Of a DNA stretch of 64,000 nucleotides, positions 63,311-64,000 are shown in pieces. Made by a program: the position numbers and the translations under genes. Under the pieces are notes generated by a model. That model was not told where the DNA came from and did not search any database. It saw only the letters and a program-made list of their open reading frames with translations. Position 1 is the stretch's first letter, and each line of letters begins with the position of its first letter. This DNA is from Lama guanicoe (taxonomy: Eukaryota): the NCBI GenBank assembly GCA_013239625.1, contig MU054391.1:4483824-4547823 (forward strand). The letters run 5' to 3'.

Positions 63311-64000
63311 AGAAAGCCAGAATGTTTTACTCTCTCGGCACTTCTGTGCCAACAAACACTTCTGCTGTGGGTAGCCAGGGCGGGGAGCGGGCGCAGAACT
63401 GTGTCCCAAGAAGTGATAACTTACCTGCATCTCCTCTCTCTGCACGTCCACACACAGCTTCCAGGAAGCAGAGCTCAATGCTCTGACCAGTGGTTGGGAG
63501 ACCCAGATATCAGTGAAATCTTTTCACGTCCAGCACACGGGCCTTCTGGAACTTTGCAGGCATCACATCATCTCTCTGTAGCTGTCGATTCTGGGATTTC
63601 CTTTTTCCCTCTCAATACACGGCTTCTCTGCCCTGGGTGCCTTCAGCAGCACGGCTGTTCAAATACTCCCAGCGGTGGCCCCAGCCAGGCTTTATAGTAT
63701 CCTGGTATTAACCTTGATTAATAAATGAATGAATCAAGTCCTAGAGATAAGGAGCCAGTTCGACACTCAGGTTTCATCCTGGTTGCGTAGCAACGGATGT
63801 TTAAGAGGAGGTACTAGGGTATGGAACGGGATGGAATTCCAGCCCCAGCTCTGCGTCACAGTTGGATGGACGGTGTTGGAAAGCATGGCCTCTCTCAGGT
63901 GGGAAAGGAATCAAGGTCGTTTGACACCGTAAAGTGGAGACAGCTGTTGGTCCCTCTCCAGCATCCTGTCCTTGCCCGTGATTCCCTTACACAACATTCC

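Noticed and set aside
1-64000. CRISPR array, operon, phage or defence system, intact retroelement
   Set aside because: The DNA is mammalian, with no regularly spaced repeat-spacer array and no long coding-dense region. All transposons found are truncated or solo-LTR fossils.

Overview
This window is mammalian nuclear DNA, not microbial. Four copies of a tRNA-Ala-derived SINE that I recognise as the camelid Vic-1 type, plus camelid/cetartiodactyl-style L1 3' ends, point to a camelid genome (camel, alpaca or llama). About 61 kb looks intergenic and is filled with transposon fossils: L1M and young L1 fragments, L2, MIR, a CR1/L3 ORF2 relic, MLT1/MLT2 solo LTRs, and hAT elements (MER20, MER58, Arthur1/MER69-like). 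There are three short N gaps. None of the ORFs in the track resembles a protein I recognise. The only gene-like signal is at the right end on the minus strand: a 138-nt exon candidate (62977-62840, stop codons in all three frames within 23 nt) and a candidate terminal exon from 62119 with an AU-rich UTR and poly(A) signals. This is consistent with the 3' end of an unidentified gene entering from beyond 64000. Several CpG-rich or motif-dense segments without recognisable repeats are enhancer candidates. I found no CRISPR array, operon or credible new biological system. Repeat family names are from memory of consensus sequences and need RepeatMasker/Dfam confirmation; boundaries are approximate unless a TSD is given.
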